DNA from: Nostocaceae cyanobacterium
GTDB lineage: Bacteria > Cyanobacteriota > Cyanobacteriia > Cyanobacteriales > Nostocaceae
DNA: 61,151 nucleotides
Reading direction: 5' to 3'
Assembly (NCBI GenBank): GCA_035299225.1
Contig: DATGXB010000028.1
Location: 1 to 61,151, forward strand
Shown in pieces: positions 1 to 10,544 of this stretch. Positions within the stretch are counted from its first letter, which is position 1, and each line of letters starts with the position of its first letter. Under the pieces are notes generated by a model. The model searched no databases, was not told where the DNA came from, and saw only the letters and a program-made list of their open reading frames with translations. Position numbers and translations under genes: made by a program.

Positions 1-142
1 CTTATCCTCTAGGGCTTTGAGTTACCAGCAATAATTAAATCAAAGTCAAGTCTAAACCTGAGTTGCATTTAATTCGATATTTCCTATACTTCTTGCGCTG
101 TAAGCCTTGTAGCCTCGTTCTCCAAACTGTCCGAAGTATTGC

Positions 143-595
143 TTAAGATGCTACGGATAAATGAAACATTTTTAAGTGATGATCTCTAATCAAACTAAAA
201 GCTTCTGCATCTGCTTGGGCAGTTTGAGGATCAAAAAAGTAGGCAATATCTTCACGCATACCACAGCATAATTCTTGCACAGCCCAATACATTGTACCAG
301 TAGAACTTTGTAAATTAGACTCAAAAGTTGTATGGTACTGAGCCGGAGTTTTATTGGCTAATAGTTTCAGATATTCTGTAGGTAAATGACTGTTTTCCTG
401 GATATTTTTGTATTCAGCAAACTGTTTTGCGTCTTGTTCCGCAGTTTCCTGATTCACAAAATAAGCAATATGCCGACGGGATGGTAATTTTACAGTTCCA
501 TTCACCTTTTCTTGTACATCAGCAGACTCTACAACCAACCACAGTAAAGCGGTTTCTTGAGAACGATTATTTAATTTTACAGCTATGTAAACCAT
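143..595 (-). CDS. hypothetical protein with internal two-fold duplication
   Basis: 150-aa ORF with no recognisable family motif. Two related segments, IAYFVNQETAEQDAKQFAEY and IAYFFDPQTAQADAEAFSLI, suggest a tandem duplicated domain. Confidence 0.35.
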   Translation of the reverse strand: MVYIAVKLNNRSQETALLWLVVESADVQEKVNGTVKLPSRRHIAYFVNQETAEQDAKQFAEYKNIQENSHLPTEYLKLLANKTPAQYHTTFESNLQSSTGTMYWAVQELCCGMREDIAYFFDPQTAQADAEAFSLIRDHHLKMFHLSVAS

Positions 596-980
596 CCCAA
601 TTTTCTCCTAGAATAACTAGTTACTTTCTTTGGTAATACAAATTAACTGTTTTTAGCCTTGAGTCATTGGGAAAGGATATCACACACATAATAGCAGCCT
701 AACAAAATTAGATTTTGCTCAAGCAACTTAAATTATTGCTTCATTAAAATGATCGGCAGTTACCGAAGAACTTATGCATCTTATCCAAAACTTTATATTT
801 AACAGGTTTTTTGCAAAGTATTGATAAATGGATAAGCTCACAGAATTATGGGAACTGAAAATAGGTGGTAGTTTAGTACGTTGGTAACATCAGTTATTAA
901 TTCATTAAATCTATGGTGAGTTACGAAAAAACTGATATATCTTCATCAAAAATTTACATCTCTTGGGTCTTATGAAAATT

Positions 981-3317
981 TTATAAATTGAGACACAATT
1001 GGGAAGCGATCGCCTCTATGGTTGCTAGGGGTACGGTGGTAAAATACTGATGTTGAAATTGTTCTTCGCAGATGGCGGCTAAAAATTGGGAAATCGCTGT
1101 GTTAGCCAGGCTTTCGGGGCTGTTTGTGGGATGCCAAGTTATTTGTAGGTTACGGTCTTGACGTTGGACGGTAAACCCTAAGAGTTTTAAAGCTTTAAAG
1201 CCTAGTTGTAAACTTTGGGCACTAATACCCAATTTTTCTAATAGTTGTGCGCTAGTTACTGGCTTCTGAGTACGTCCCAGGTATTTAGCTACACCTACAA
1301 AAGTCAGCCACACTTGATCCGGTTCTAGGTCTTGGGGTTTTGACCAAGCGAGGGCTAATTGTTGCTGATTGTGAAGCGATCGCTTTAACCACCAGTGTAG
1401 ATCATCCCAACTTTTTGGACAATCTTTAATCATTAAAATGGCATTTTGGTCATTAAGTTTTGTGTATTGTGATGCAGGAAGATTACGCCAATCAAGAATT
1501 AAATTTGAGTGGACAGTGCTAAGTTGAGAATTACCACTAAGACGCACGGCAATTAAACGAATTTCATAACGTTTTTTAAAACTATTAAAATCAATTTCGG
1601 CGATACAATCACATTTACCGATAGGTAATTCATCTTTATAATGTCCCCACCAAATTCCAGGAAATCTACTTAAAGTAGAATCATCTCTAATGTCAAATTC
1701 GGTTTTAATATATTCTATTTTTTTGCCTTTAATATCTTCTGGTTTCCGATGCCAAGTATTCTCAAACCAGCAATTTTTAATCAGTAGTTTAGGAATAGGA
1801 TTTCCCATTCCACAAGGTTCTAATAATTTCAATTCTAAAAATAAATCTTTGCTTAAATCTGCAACTGTCACTACCAAATCAGCTTGGATAGTTGGTGTAA
1901 GGCTGATTCCACCTAAGTTCTGACGCAATTTTTGATTAATAGCATCGGTAAATAAAGGAATATTTCTTGCTAATAAACTTAATCCGGCTGCAAAAGGGTG
2001 TCCACCAAAACGATGTAATAAATGAGATTGTTCTTGGACTAATTGATATAAATCAACTGAATTAATAGAACGAGCCGAACCCCGTGCTAATAATTCAGCA
2101 TTATTAGTTGATGTTTCTGTACTTAATAAAATAGTTGGTCGTCCGGTTTCTTGGGCAACTTGCCCCGCAACTAAACCCAGCACACCCGCAGGCCATTGTG
2201 AGTCTTCTAGGACAATAACGCTAGTAGTTGATAAATCTAATTGTGCAATTTTTTGTGCTACTTGATTTTGGACATCTTTCTGTAAAGATTTGCGGCGGGA
2301 GTTGGCTAATTCTGTTTCTTCTGCTAATAAGTTGCAGCGTTGATGATTTCGACTGGTTAACAATTCGACACAAAAACTAGCATCACCATGAATCCTACTA
2401 ACTGCATTGATGCGCGGACCTAAACCAAAGGAAATATCTGTGGGGCGATCGCCATTTTTCTGGCATAATTCTAGTAAACGTCCTACACCTGGTCTTCTTC
2501 TTTCCGCAACAGGTTTTTTATAATCAGATTGTAACTGTTGGATTCCCAATTGTGCTAAATAGCGACAATCACCTTTTAATTGTACCAAATCGGCAATTAA
2601 ACCCACTGCCACTAAATCTAATAAATCTGTTAATGGGTGTTCAGGAACATCCGGTAAAGTTTGATATAAAGCCTCAACTAATTTATAAGCAACTGCGACA
2701 CCAGAGAGATGAAATAAAGGATGATCCTCTGATAAATAGCGGGGATTAATAATAGCTGTAACTGGTGGACGTTCTGCTGGTAAAGTATGATGGTCTGTAA
2801 CTATGATATCAATTCCTAACTCTTGAGCATAAATTATCTCACTAATATTAGTGCTACCGGTATCACAAGTAACGATTAATTCACAACCTTGTTTAGCTAA
2901 ACTTTCAATTCCCGCTTGATTGAGTCCATGAGATTCTGTTAAGCGATTCGGAATATAATAAATTAATTGTTGATGTTGCTCAAAAAATTCTCCTAAACCA
3001 TCCCATAACACCGCAGTAGAAGTAATTCCATCTGCATCAAAATCACCCCAAATCGCCACTTTTTCCCGGTCTATTCCCGCTTGCTGTAAACGTTTTACAG
3101 CCAAATACATTTCTGTTCCAAACTCAAACGGACTCGCAGGCTGATAATTTTTATAATCAACAAAAGCCGCTAATTGTTGTTGGTCTTTTATCCCCCGTTG
3201 CCAAAGTAATTGTGCTGCAAATATTCCCCCGTCCGGCGGTGCATACTCTTTTACAGCTTCAATAAACCACTGCGGTGGCTGTTGATTTGTGGTTAAAATC
3301 CATTGTTGTTCATTCAT
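981..3317 (-). CDS. recJ: single-stranded-DNA-specific exonuclease RecJ
   Basis: 778 aa. DHH motif (DFDADGITS), DHHA1-type C-terminal core, and a size typical of cyanobacterial RecJ. Confidence 0.88.
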   Translation of the reverse strand: MNEQQWILTTNQQPPQWFIEAVKEYAPPDGGIFAAQLLWQRGIKDQQQLAAFVDYKNYQPASPFEFGTEMYLAVKRLQQAGIDREKVAIWGDFDADGITSTAVLWDGLGEFFEQHQQLIYYIPNRLTESHGLNQAGIESLAKQGCELIVTCDTGSTNISEIIYAQELGIDIIVTDHHTLPAERPPVTAIINPRYLSEDHPLFHLSGVAVAYKLVEALYQTLPDVPEHPLTDLLDLVAVGLIADLVQLKGDCRYLAQLGIQQLQSDYKKPVAERRRPGVGRLLELCQKNGDRPTDISFGLGPRINAVSRIHGDASFCVELLTSRNHQRCNLLAEETELANSRRKSLQKDVQNQVAQKIAQLDLSTTSVIVLEDSQWPAGVLGLVAGQVAQETGRPTILLSTETSTNNAELLARGSARSINSVDLYQLVQEQSHLLHRFGGHPFAAGLSLLARNIPLFTDAINQKLRQNLGGISLTPTIQADLVVTVADLSKDLFLELKLLEPCGMGNPIPKLLIKNCWFENTWHRKPEDIKGKKIEYIKTEFDIRDDSTLSRFPGIWWGHYKDELPIGKCDCIAEIDFNSFKKRYEIRLIAVRLSGNSQLSTVHSNLILDWRNLPASQYTKLNDQNAILMIKDCPKSWDDLHWWLKRSLHNQQQLALAWSKPQDLEPDQVWLTFVGVAKYLGRTQKPVTSAQLLEKLGISAQSLQLGFKALKLLGFTVQRQDRNLQITWHPTNSPESLANTAISQFLAAICEEQFQHQYFTTVPLATIEAIASQLCLNL

Positions 3318-3686
3318 TTTTAATTACTAGCCCACCCCTAAATTATGCTCTACTGATTTGAAGTACAACGCCAGGTTCAAATTAGGAAATTTGATGGATT
3401 GGGAAATTTTCAAATTATTATATATAGCACTCCTATATTATAGGATAATATTTAGCCATGAGCTTTTATTGTTATCTCTATTGGGATTATGGTTTTTGTC
3501 TAAAGAAGTAACCCAAAATCATCTTTTAATAATATTGAATGTCATTACATATATTTTAACATTTTTATAGATTTCTTGAATAGTTGACAACATAAAATTT
3601 ACCTCTGGTTAGAAAGATAATACAACACATCGCAAGTAAATGGAGTACAAACTTTAATCAAAAAAACTTATTTTAAAGGTGCTTCA

Positions 3687-3715
3687 CCCCTGTTCCCTGT
3701 TCCCTGTTCCTTGTT
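3687..3715. repeat. heptamer STR (CCCTGTT x ~4)
   Basis: Direct reading of tandem heptamers in the recJ/flotillin intergenic region. Confidence 0.8.
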
Positions 3716-3869
3716 ATATGTGATTAGTCTTGATTGATTGGAGAGTTAGGATAGTTAATTTTGGTAACAATAATCATCTTTTCATCCTGTAAATCCTTAA
3801 ATCCTGGACATCTTGATTCAGGCATTTTCCCTAACTATAAGGATTTCTGGTTGATTTTGGAAATATACG

Positions 3870-3942
3870 TAAGGCGGGTATTTAACAGTATAATTCTCTA
3901 TAGTTACAGACTTGGGCTAAAAATACACACCCTACACATACT
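3870..3942 (+). repeat. copy A of a 70-75-bp MITE-like hairpin element (TAAGGYGGGYATTT ... AAAATRCMCACCCTACACATACT)
   Basis: Conserved arms match the copies at 33337-33409 and 40008-40080 (minus strand). The 3' arm is 21/22 identical between copies. The two arms are imperfect inverted repeats. Ends 98 bp upstream of the 4040 start codon. Confidence 0.6.
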
Positions 3943-4039
3943 GGCGAATGCAACCAAAAATTACACTAAGTTTAAGAAAAACCGGATATTTGAATTGAAG
4001 TGATAGTTTAGATAATTAGTTGCCCAAAAGGGCAAAAAT

Positions 4040-6166
4040 ATGAAAAGCTTATCATTTTCGCTTGGTCAAGTTAGAAAAAACCCAGTTTTGGGTTGGGCGG
4101 CTTCTGCTATTGCTACTTTAGCCTTAGCTGGCAGTATTAATGCTGCTAACGCCAGCACTGTAAACATTTCTACGACAAAAGAACTTAGTTCTGCATCATT
4201 ATCACTATCTCCAATTAATACCAATACTAACCAGCCCTCATTTAGTCAACCTAAATATCAACCGATGCAGTTGGCAGGGTTGGAACTAATTCCTATTGTT
4301 GTAGTTGGGGGTTTGATTATCTTTGTACCCTTGTTTTTCGGGGGGTTGGTGGTCATTGGTGAAAGGGAAGTGGGAATAGTAGTTAAAAAGTTCTCTGTGT
4401 CTGGAAAAGGACTTCCCCCTAGTCGGTTAATTGCTCTGAATAGTGAAGCTGGTTTACAGGCTGATACTCTGGCACCTGGTTGGCATTGGGGTTATTGGCC
4501 TTGGCAGTTTTCGGTGAAAAAAGAACCGGTGATTGTTGTCCCCCAAGGGCAAATTGCTTTAATTGTAGCGGCTGATGGTGCATCCAACCCACCAGAACGG
4601 ATTTTAGGCAAAATTGTGGAGTGCGATAACTTCCAAGATGCCCGGAAGTTTTTAACTAAGGGTGGGGAAAAAGGCCGACAAATGGGCTTTCTCACGGCTG
4701 GTAGTTACCGAATTAATACGGCTTTGTTTAAAGTGATTACGGCGGCTAATGCTAGTAATCATGGTATGCGTCCTGAACAGATGCACATCTATGAAATAGG
4801 CCCAGATAAGGTTGGTATTGTTACTACTTTGGATGGTTTACCAATTGCAGCAGGTGAAATTGCTGGACACATCGTTCAGGGTCATAATAATTTCCAAAAC
4901 GGTCAAAAATTTATTGATGCTGGGGGACAACGTGGTTTACAAGAACAGGTATTATTATCTGGTTCTTGGAATCTTAACCCTTGGTTTGTCAACATTGAAC
5001 AAGTACGGATGACTGAAATCCCAATCGGGTATGTGGGTGTGGTGATTTCTTTCGTAGGTGAAGAACACGAAGATGTGAGCGGGGCATCTTTCACCCACGG
5101 AAACTTAGTCAACCAAGGACATAAGGGGGTTTGGATAGAACCATTATATCCTGGGAAACACCCACTTAACAGCAAGGTAATGAAAGTGGAACTCGTGCCG
5201 ACGACAAATATCGTCTTAAACTTTACTGATAGAATTAGCGGTCAGCACGGTTATGATTCTAATTTAAAGGCACTTAAACTTCTGTCATTTGATGGTTTCA
5301 GCTTTGATTTAGAAATATTCCAAATTATTCACATTGGTGCTTCAGATGCGCCAAAAGTGATTTCCCGTTTAGGGTCGATGCAAAACGTCATTGATCAGGT
5401 GTTGCGTCCAATTGTGGGGAATTATTTCCGCAACTCGGCTCAAGAGTATACTATTTTGGATTTCTTAATTGCACGTAGCGATCGCCAAGTTGAAGCCTCA
5501 GATTATGTTAAATCTGCCTTGCGTGCTTATGATGTGCAAGCTGTGGATTCGTTGATTGGTTTGATTACCCCACCAGATGAATTAATGCACACGCTGACAG
5601 ACCGGAAAATTGCTGAAGAAAAACGTAAAACTTATGAAGTTCAGCAAATGGCAGAAACCCAACGTCAACAACTGGTACGGGAAACAGCGTTAGCTGATAT
5701 TCAACAAGAAATGGTGAAATCAGAAAAAAATGTGCAAATTTCTGACTTGAAAGCCCAAGCGGAAATTAAGGAAGCGAATGGTCAAGCGGAAGCGACCAAA
5801 CTGCGGGCGCTGGCTGAAGCTGAAGGTATCCGGGCTACAGGTAACGCGAAAGCTGAGACTTACCGCGCAGGTGTGCAGGCTTTGGGTTCTCAAGGTTATA
5901 CTGCCATGCAGTTGATGCAAATTGTCGGCGATCGCAATGTGCGTCTAATTCCTGATGTTTTAGTCGGTGGTAATAATGGCGGTGGTAATGGTTTAGTTGA
6001 TGGTTTACTATCTTTGGTTTTATGGAATCAAACCGCTAAACCTGGACAACCAGGAAAAACCCCCGCACCTCCCCCACCCCAAACACCTATCACGGCTAAA
6101 CTTGAAACCACTGCCAAAAATGGCAATCCTCCGATAGTGGTTGATATTCCTCAAGACCATTCATAA
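4040..6166 (+). CDS. flotillin-like SPFH/band-7 domain membrane protein
   Basis: 708 aa. N-terminal signal/TM segment, an SPFH-like core, then a long charged coiled-coil rich in E/A/Q (KAQAEIKEANGQAEATKLRALAEAEG) typical of bacterial flotillins. The C-terminus is Gly/Pro-rich. Confidence 0.6.
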   Translation: MKSLSFSLGQVRKNPVLGWAASAIATLALAGSINAANASTVNISTTKELSSASLSLSPINTNTNQPSFSQPKYQPMQLAGLELIPIVVVGGLIIFVPLFFGGLVVIGEREVGIVVKKFSVSGKGLPPSRLIALNSEAGLQADTLAPGWHWGYWPWQFSVKKEPVIVVPQGQIALIVAADGASNPPERILGKIVECDNFQDARKFLTKGGEKGRQMGFLTAGSYRINTALFKVITAANASNHGMRPEQMHIYEIGPDKVGIVTTLDGLPIAAGEIAGHIVQGHNNFQNGQKFIDAGGQRGLQEQVLLSGSWNLNPWFVNIEQVRMTEIPIGYVGVVISFVGEEHEDVSGASFTHGNLVNQGHKGVWIEPLYPGKHPLNSKVMKVELVPTTNIVLNFTDRISGQHGYDSNLKALKLLSFDGFSFDLEIFQIIHIGASDAPKVISRLGSMQNVIDQVLRPIVGNYFRNSAQEYTILDFLIARSDRQVEASDYVKSALRAYDVQAVDSLIGLITPPDELMHTLTDRKIAEEKRKTYEVQQMAETQRQQLVRETALADIQQEMVKSEKNVQISDLKAQAEIKEANGQAEATKLRALAEAEGIRATGNAKAETYRAGVQALGSQGYTAMQLMQIVGDRNVRLIPDVLVGGNNGGGNGLVDGLLSLVLWNQTAKPGQPGKTPAPPPPQTPITAKLETTAKNGNPPIVVDIPQDHS

Positions 6167-6179
6167 TTAATTCAAATGT

Positions 6180-6202
6180 AGCCCGGAAATCAATTTCGGG
6201 CT
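6180..6202 (+). terminator. candidate stem-loop downstream of the flotillin-like gene
   Basis: AGCCCGGAAA-TCAA-TTTCGGGCT, a 9-bp stem with one bulge. It lacks a clear U-tract, so support is weak. Confidence 0.25.
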
Positions 6203-6278
6203 AAAAGCTAAAATCATCTAAAGATGATTCTAGAGGATTGTAATAGTTTTGTCAGAAGTAGTTTATTTTTAAAAAACT

Positions 6279-8009
6279 TTGTTAATTCAAAAACGTTATC
6301 GTTTACAAAAAATAATTGCTAAAGGTGGATTTTGTCAAACTTTTTTGGCAATTGATGAAGGTAAAAATCCGGCGGAAGGTTGTATTGTTCAACAATTATC
6401 ATCACCGTGCCAAACTTCTGTACAAAAATTACAAGATATTGCTCAATATCCCCAAATCCCTAATTTAATTAATTGTTTTTCTGAAAATGGTTATTTTTAT
6501 TTGGTGCAAGAATTTATCCCCGGTAATAATTTAAAAAGTTTTTTAGCCAAACAAGGCACATTTAACGAAGTTCAAATTTGGCAAGTGTTAAAAGGTTTAT
6601 TACCAATTATCAAATTTATTCACTCGCAGCAAATTATTCATCAAAATATTAAACCGGAAAATATCATTATTAAAAATGATAATTTAATTGCAGAAAATTT
6701 AGTTTTGGTGGATTTAGCGGCTGCTAAAAGTCTGACTATACAAGAATTTCAGGGAAATAATCTCATTATTGGTAGTCCAGAATATATTGCACCTGAACAA
6801 GTCAAAGGGAAACCAGTTTTTGCCAGTGATTTATATAGTTTAGGGGTAACTTGTATTTATTTACTAACTCAAGTTTCCCCTTTTGATTTATTTGATATTG
6901 TTAATAATAATTGGATTTGGCGGGAATTTTTACAAACAGAAGTTAGCGAACATTTAGCCCAAATTTTAGATAAGTTAATTGAAAATGATTTTACAAAACG
7001 CTGGCAGAGTGCTGATGAATTAATTAAATTTATGGGAATTAAAATCCCAAATCCAAAATCTAAAATTCAAAATTCAAAATGGGAATGTTTATATAGTTTT
7101 TCTGGTGATGTTCCTAATCTAAATATTATCAATACTTTAGCTATTAGTCCCAATGGTCAAATTTTGGTTAGTGGTGATAATGATAAAAGTATTAAATTAT
7201 GGAATTTAAAAACTCAGCAGTTATTAGCGAATATTCCCGCACATAATCAGCCTGTAACATCTGTAGCTTTTAGTCCTGATGGGCAAGTTTTCGCTAGTGC
7301 TAGTGATGATAAAACTATCAAATTATGGCAAGTTGATAATTTACAAGAAATTCGCATTTTTACGGGACATAATCATTTTGTGAAATCAATTAGTTTTAGT
7401 CCTGACGGCTTAATTTTAGCTAGTGGAAGTTGGGATAAAACTATTAAAATTTGGGATGTAAAAACAGGTGTAGAACTGTGTAATTTAGCTGGACACCAAT
7501 TAAAAGTTAATACTGTGGCTTTTAGTCCCCAAGGTAATATTTTAGCGAGTGGGAGTAGCGATCGCACAATTCGCCTCTGGCAGTTACAAAACTTCACAAA
7601 TCTAGAAGAGAAGAATCACCCATGCATGAGATTACAAGGAATCTTATCAGATCATACATGGGCAGTTTTAGCAGTTGCTTTTAGTCCCGATGGGCAAATT
7701 TTAGCCACTGGTAGCCATGATAACACTATTAAATTATGGGACGTAAATACTGGCCAGTTGATTAGTACACTTTTAGGCCATTCCTGGTCTGTGGTAGCCT
7801 TAGCCTTTACAGATGATGGTAAAAATTTGATTAGTGCCAGTTGGGATCAGACAATTAAAATTTGGCAACTCAGCGCAAAAACCGAAATAGCCACACTTTC
7901 CGGTCATACAGACTCAGTAAATACTATTGCTGTTAACCCTGTTGACCAGCTAATAATTAGTGGCAGCAGGGACAAAAGCATTAAAATATGGCAACCTGTA
8001 CAAATTTAG
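6279..8009 (+). CDS. WD40-repeat protein with N-terminal Ser/Thr-kinase-like domain (predicted pseudokinase)
   Basis: TTG start in the ORF track. The N-terminal ~260 aa aligns to Hanks kinases (glycine loop KGGFCQT, APE motif SPEYIAPE, DLYSLG). All three catalytic motifs are substituted: VAIK Lys to Gln (CIVQQL), HRD to HQN (IHQNIKPEN), DFG to DLA. The C-terminal half has seven WD40 repeats (WD/W-x-V motifs between 7090 and 8009). Confidence 0.8.
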   Translation: MLIQKRYRLQKIIAKGGFCQTFLAIDEGKNPAEGCIVQQLSSPCQTSVQKLQDIAQYPQIPNLINCFSENGYFYLVQEFIPGNNLKSFLAKQGTFNEVQIWQVLKGLLPIIKFIHSQQIIHQNIKPENIIIKNDNLIAENLVLVDLAAAKSLTIQEFQGNNLIIGSPEYIAPEQVKGKPVFASDLYSLGVTCIYLLTQVSPFDLFDIVNNNWIWREFLQTEVSEHLAQILDKLIENDFTKRWQSADELIKFMGIKIPNPKSKIQNSKWECLYSFSGDVPNLNIINTLAISPNGQILVSGDNDKSIKLWNLKTQQLLANIPAHNQPVTSVAFSPDGQVFASASDDKTIKLWQVDNLQEIRIFTGHNHFVKSISFSPDGLILASGSWDKTIKIWDVKTGVELCNLAGHQLKVNTVAFSPQGNILASGSSDRTIRLWQLQNFTNLEEKNHPCMRLQGILSDHTWAVLAVAFSPDGQILATGSHDNTIKLWDVNTGQLISTLLGHSWSVVALAFTDDGKNLISASWDQTIKIWQLSAKTEIATLSGHTDSVNTIAVNPVDQLIISGSRDKSIKIWQPVQI

Positions 8010-8132
8010 GGGAACGGGGAATAGTCATTAGGGAACAGGCAACAGGCAACAGGCAACAGTCATTAGTTATTCTTTTTGACTTTTGACTTTCTCCCCTGCC
8101 TTCTGTTTCCTGCCCCCTGCCTCCTGCCTTCT
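8008..8132. repeat. bipartite STR block: G-rich heptamers (GGGAACA/AGGCAAC) then TTTTGAC x2 then C-rich heptamers (CCTGCCN)
   Basis: Read directly. Lies between convergent genes. The C-rich array ends 3 nt before the stop of the minus-strand gene at 8136. Confidence 0.85.
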
Positions 8133-8135
8133 AAA

Positions 8136-8441
8136 TCAAGCGCTACCGGTGAAAGCAACTTCAGGAAACTTCAGTTGTGCTTCGGCCATGGGTCGGTTTC
8201 TGCCTTCCTCTTGCCAGTAGTTAATGACTTCGGTGGCCTTGTTGAGTAATTCTACCCGATCTAACTCGGTAATCCAGTGCTTAGATTCTAGCTCTTTCTT
8301 GAGTTCTTCCCAAGCATCATTTCTCGGCCAGAAAAAGTATTTAGTGAGTGGGCTAGTACCCTTACCTACAATTTGATCCACTGCTAGGGCTACGTTCTCA
8401 TCTAACCAGAGAATTTTCAAGATAAATTTGGACAATGGCAC
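8136..8441 (-). CDS. ycf65: PSRP-3/Ycf65-like ribosome-associated protein
   Basis: 101 aa. [51 protein letters not shown] closely matches the conserved core of plastid-specific ribosomal protein 3 (VWMEKNIGLGLDQ...PLSPYFFWPRKDAWEELK). Confidence 0.75.
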   Translation of the reverse strand: MPLSKFILKILWLDENVALAVDQIVGKGTSPLTKYFFWPRNDAWEELKKELESKHWITELDRVELLNKATEVINYWQEEGRNRPMAEAQLKFPEVAFTGSA

Positions 8442-8638
8442 CTCCGAGAAAAATCCCGTTTGAATTTACTAAGTTTGCGATCGCTTATTTTAACCCAATA
8501 ACCCACCAATTGACCAACAAACTATTATTATACAAAAGTGGAATCTTACTGGCAGCAAGACAAACAACCTGGTTTTATTAGGTTCTAGCCATTTTTGCCT
8601 TGATATAAAATATCATTATCTTCTCATCTTCCATACCC

Positions 8639-9415
8639 ATGAATGTATTTGTAGTTTTTGATATAGATGGTGTTATCCGTGATGTAGGCGGTTCTTATCG
8701 TCGCGCTTTAGCGGATACGGTGGAACATTTTACAAATCAAGGATACAGACCCACAGCAGAAGACATTGATCAATTAAAATCCGAAGGGTTATGGAATAAT
8801 GACTGGGAAGCGTCCCAAGAGTTGATTTACCGTTATTTTCAGGGTCAAGGTAAAACACGCCAAGAATTACAACTAGATTATCAGGCGATCGTTAATTATT
8901 TTCAATCTCGCTACAGAGGAACAGATCCAGTTAATTGGAATGGCTATATCTGCCATGAACCTTTATTAGTAAAATTAAGTTATTTTGAACAATTAACTCA
9001 AGCGGGGATTAGCTGGGGATTTTTTAGCGGTGCGACTCGTGCTTCTGCTATTTATATTTTAGAAAAACGTTTGGGTTTACAATCTCCTGTATTAATTGCG
9101 ATGGAAGATGCACCAGGAAAACCCGACCCCACAGGACTTTTTTCTACTGTTAATCTATTATCAAATCATAGTGAAACTAAATCACCAGTGATTTATATTG
9201 GTGACACAGTAGCAGATATGTACACTGTAGAAAAAGCCCGAAAATTAGATAGTTCTCGTCAATGGTTAGGAGTGGGAGTTTTACCACCCCATGTCCAACA
9301 AATAGTAAATCAACGTGATGCTTATGCAGAAAAATTAATTAATGCAGGTGCAGAATTAGTATTTACTAATGTGGAACATCTGAGTATAGATAAAATTAAA
9401 AACCTGATTCATTGA
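8639..9415 (+). CDS. HAD-superfamily hydrolase (subfamily IA-like)
   Basis: N-terminal motif I FVVFDIDGVIRD with Asp nucleophile. C-terminal motif GDTVADM. 258 aa. Confidence 0.7.
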   Translation: MNVFVVFDIDGVIRDVGGSYRRALADTVEHFTNQGYRPTAEDIDQLKSEGLWNNDWEASQELIYRYFQGQGKTRQELQLDYQAIVNYFQSRYRGTDPVNWNGYICHEPLLVKLSYFEQLTQAGISWGFFSGATRASAIYILEKRLGLQSPVLIAMEDAPGKPDPTGLFSTVNLLSNHSETKSPVIYIGDTVADMYTVEKARKLDSSRQWLGVGVLPPHVQQIVNQRDAYAEKLINAGAELVFTNVEHLSIDKIKNLIH

Positions 9416-9487
9416 TAGGGTAGTGCACCACGGCAAAAATAACTATTCATTTGAACCCTATCAAACATCAGTTAAATCAACTTTCTT

Positions 9488-9559
9488 ACCTCCTGCCTCC
9501 TGCCCCCTGCCTCCTGCCCCCTGCCTCCTGCCCCCTGCCCCCTGCCTCCTGCCTTCTTG
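9488..9559. repeat. C-rich heptamer STR array (CCTCCTGCC/CCCCTGCC x ~10)
   Basis: Read directly. It generates the spurious low-complexity ORF 9451-9672. Confidence 0.85.
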
Positions 9560-9870
9560 CACTAGATATTTTTGTTAAGATTTCTTTACAAATAGGTGAA
9601 TCTAGCGTTGCATTGCTTGCAAGTGATAGGTACTATAGAGAGTCACAGGGGCTTGATGCTGTGTTTACATAACTTTACAATCCAAGCCTTTTGGGGAAGC
9701 TATATTGCGTAAAGACTTTTTGGCGATGTTGCCTTGTATGGCGTAATTTGAGGCGATCGCACAATGGAAAAAAGACCAAAGTGCTTATTACATTCTTTAA
9801 AGTTATGTAGCCTTTTGATTACAGGCCATCAAGCACTGCGGTAAACTATGCCTTGATTATGATTTTTTGA

Positions 9871-10149
<279 letters not shown>

Positions 10150-10276
10150 GGAATTTAAGAAACTCAGTGTTTTCTTGCTGGGAACTGAGATTAGATAGCA
10201 GCAGTTAAACGGTTGTTTTTAATCTCAGAACTCAGCTCTAAATTTTTTGAATTTTTATATAACACAGGGGTATGTG

Positions 10277-10298
10277 GAGACGTTCAATGGAGCGTCTC
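10277..10298. repeat. imperfect palindromic element GAGACGTTCAATGGAGCGTCTC, a near-copy of the 28-bp palindrome inside the PKS gene
   Basis: Matches 51984-52011 at 25/28 positions, flanks included (GTRGAGACGTTCMATGGARCGTCTCTAY). Confidence 0.6.
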
Positions 10299-10544
10299 TA
10301 TATATTTTAGGGGAGATAACCAGCCAGGAGGCAGGGGGGAAAAAGAGGTGATTAGAACCCATCAGATTCAAGAAATTTTGGTGGTGATTTTTCTGTTTAG
10401 CAGTTGTATTATTGTGTGTGTAATGTTAGATTAAAAAAATTGCTGTGATCAGCAAATCAAAAATCAACCATTCTACGCTTATTGATGAGGTAAAGCATAC
10501 CTCTAAAGTTAACAAATAGTCCTGAAAACCAGAATCCCCTCATT

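Noticed and set aside
8008-8132. G-rich heptamer block followed by C-rich heptamer block forming one long terminator hairpin
   Set aside because: The two halves belong to different repeat families and are not reverse complements of each other. GGGAACA would need TGTTCCC, but CCTGCCN follows, so only scattered G-C matches would pair.
9451-9672. ORF-track entries 9451-9672, 10213-10434, 3358-3570, 3761-4003, 14807-15055, 14838-15176, 33267-33488 and the many short antisense ORFs inside large genes (e.g. 1690-1923, 4492-4695, 49384-49617)
   Set aside because: They are low-complexity translations of STR arrays ([25 protein letters not shown]), AT-rich hydrophobic runs in promoter regions, or ORFs antisense to well-supported genes. 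There is no coding evidence.
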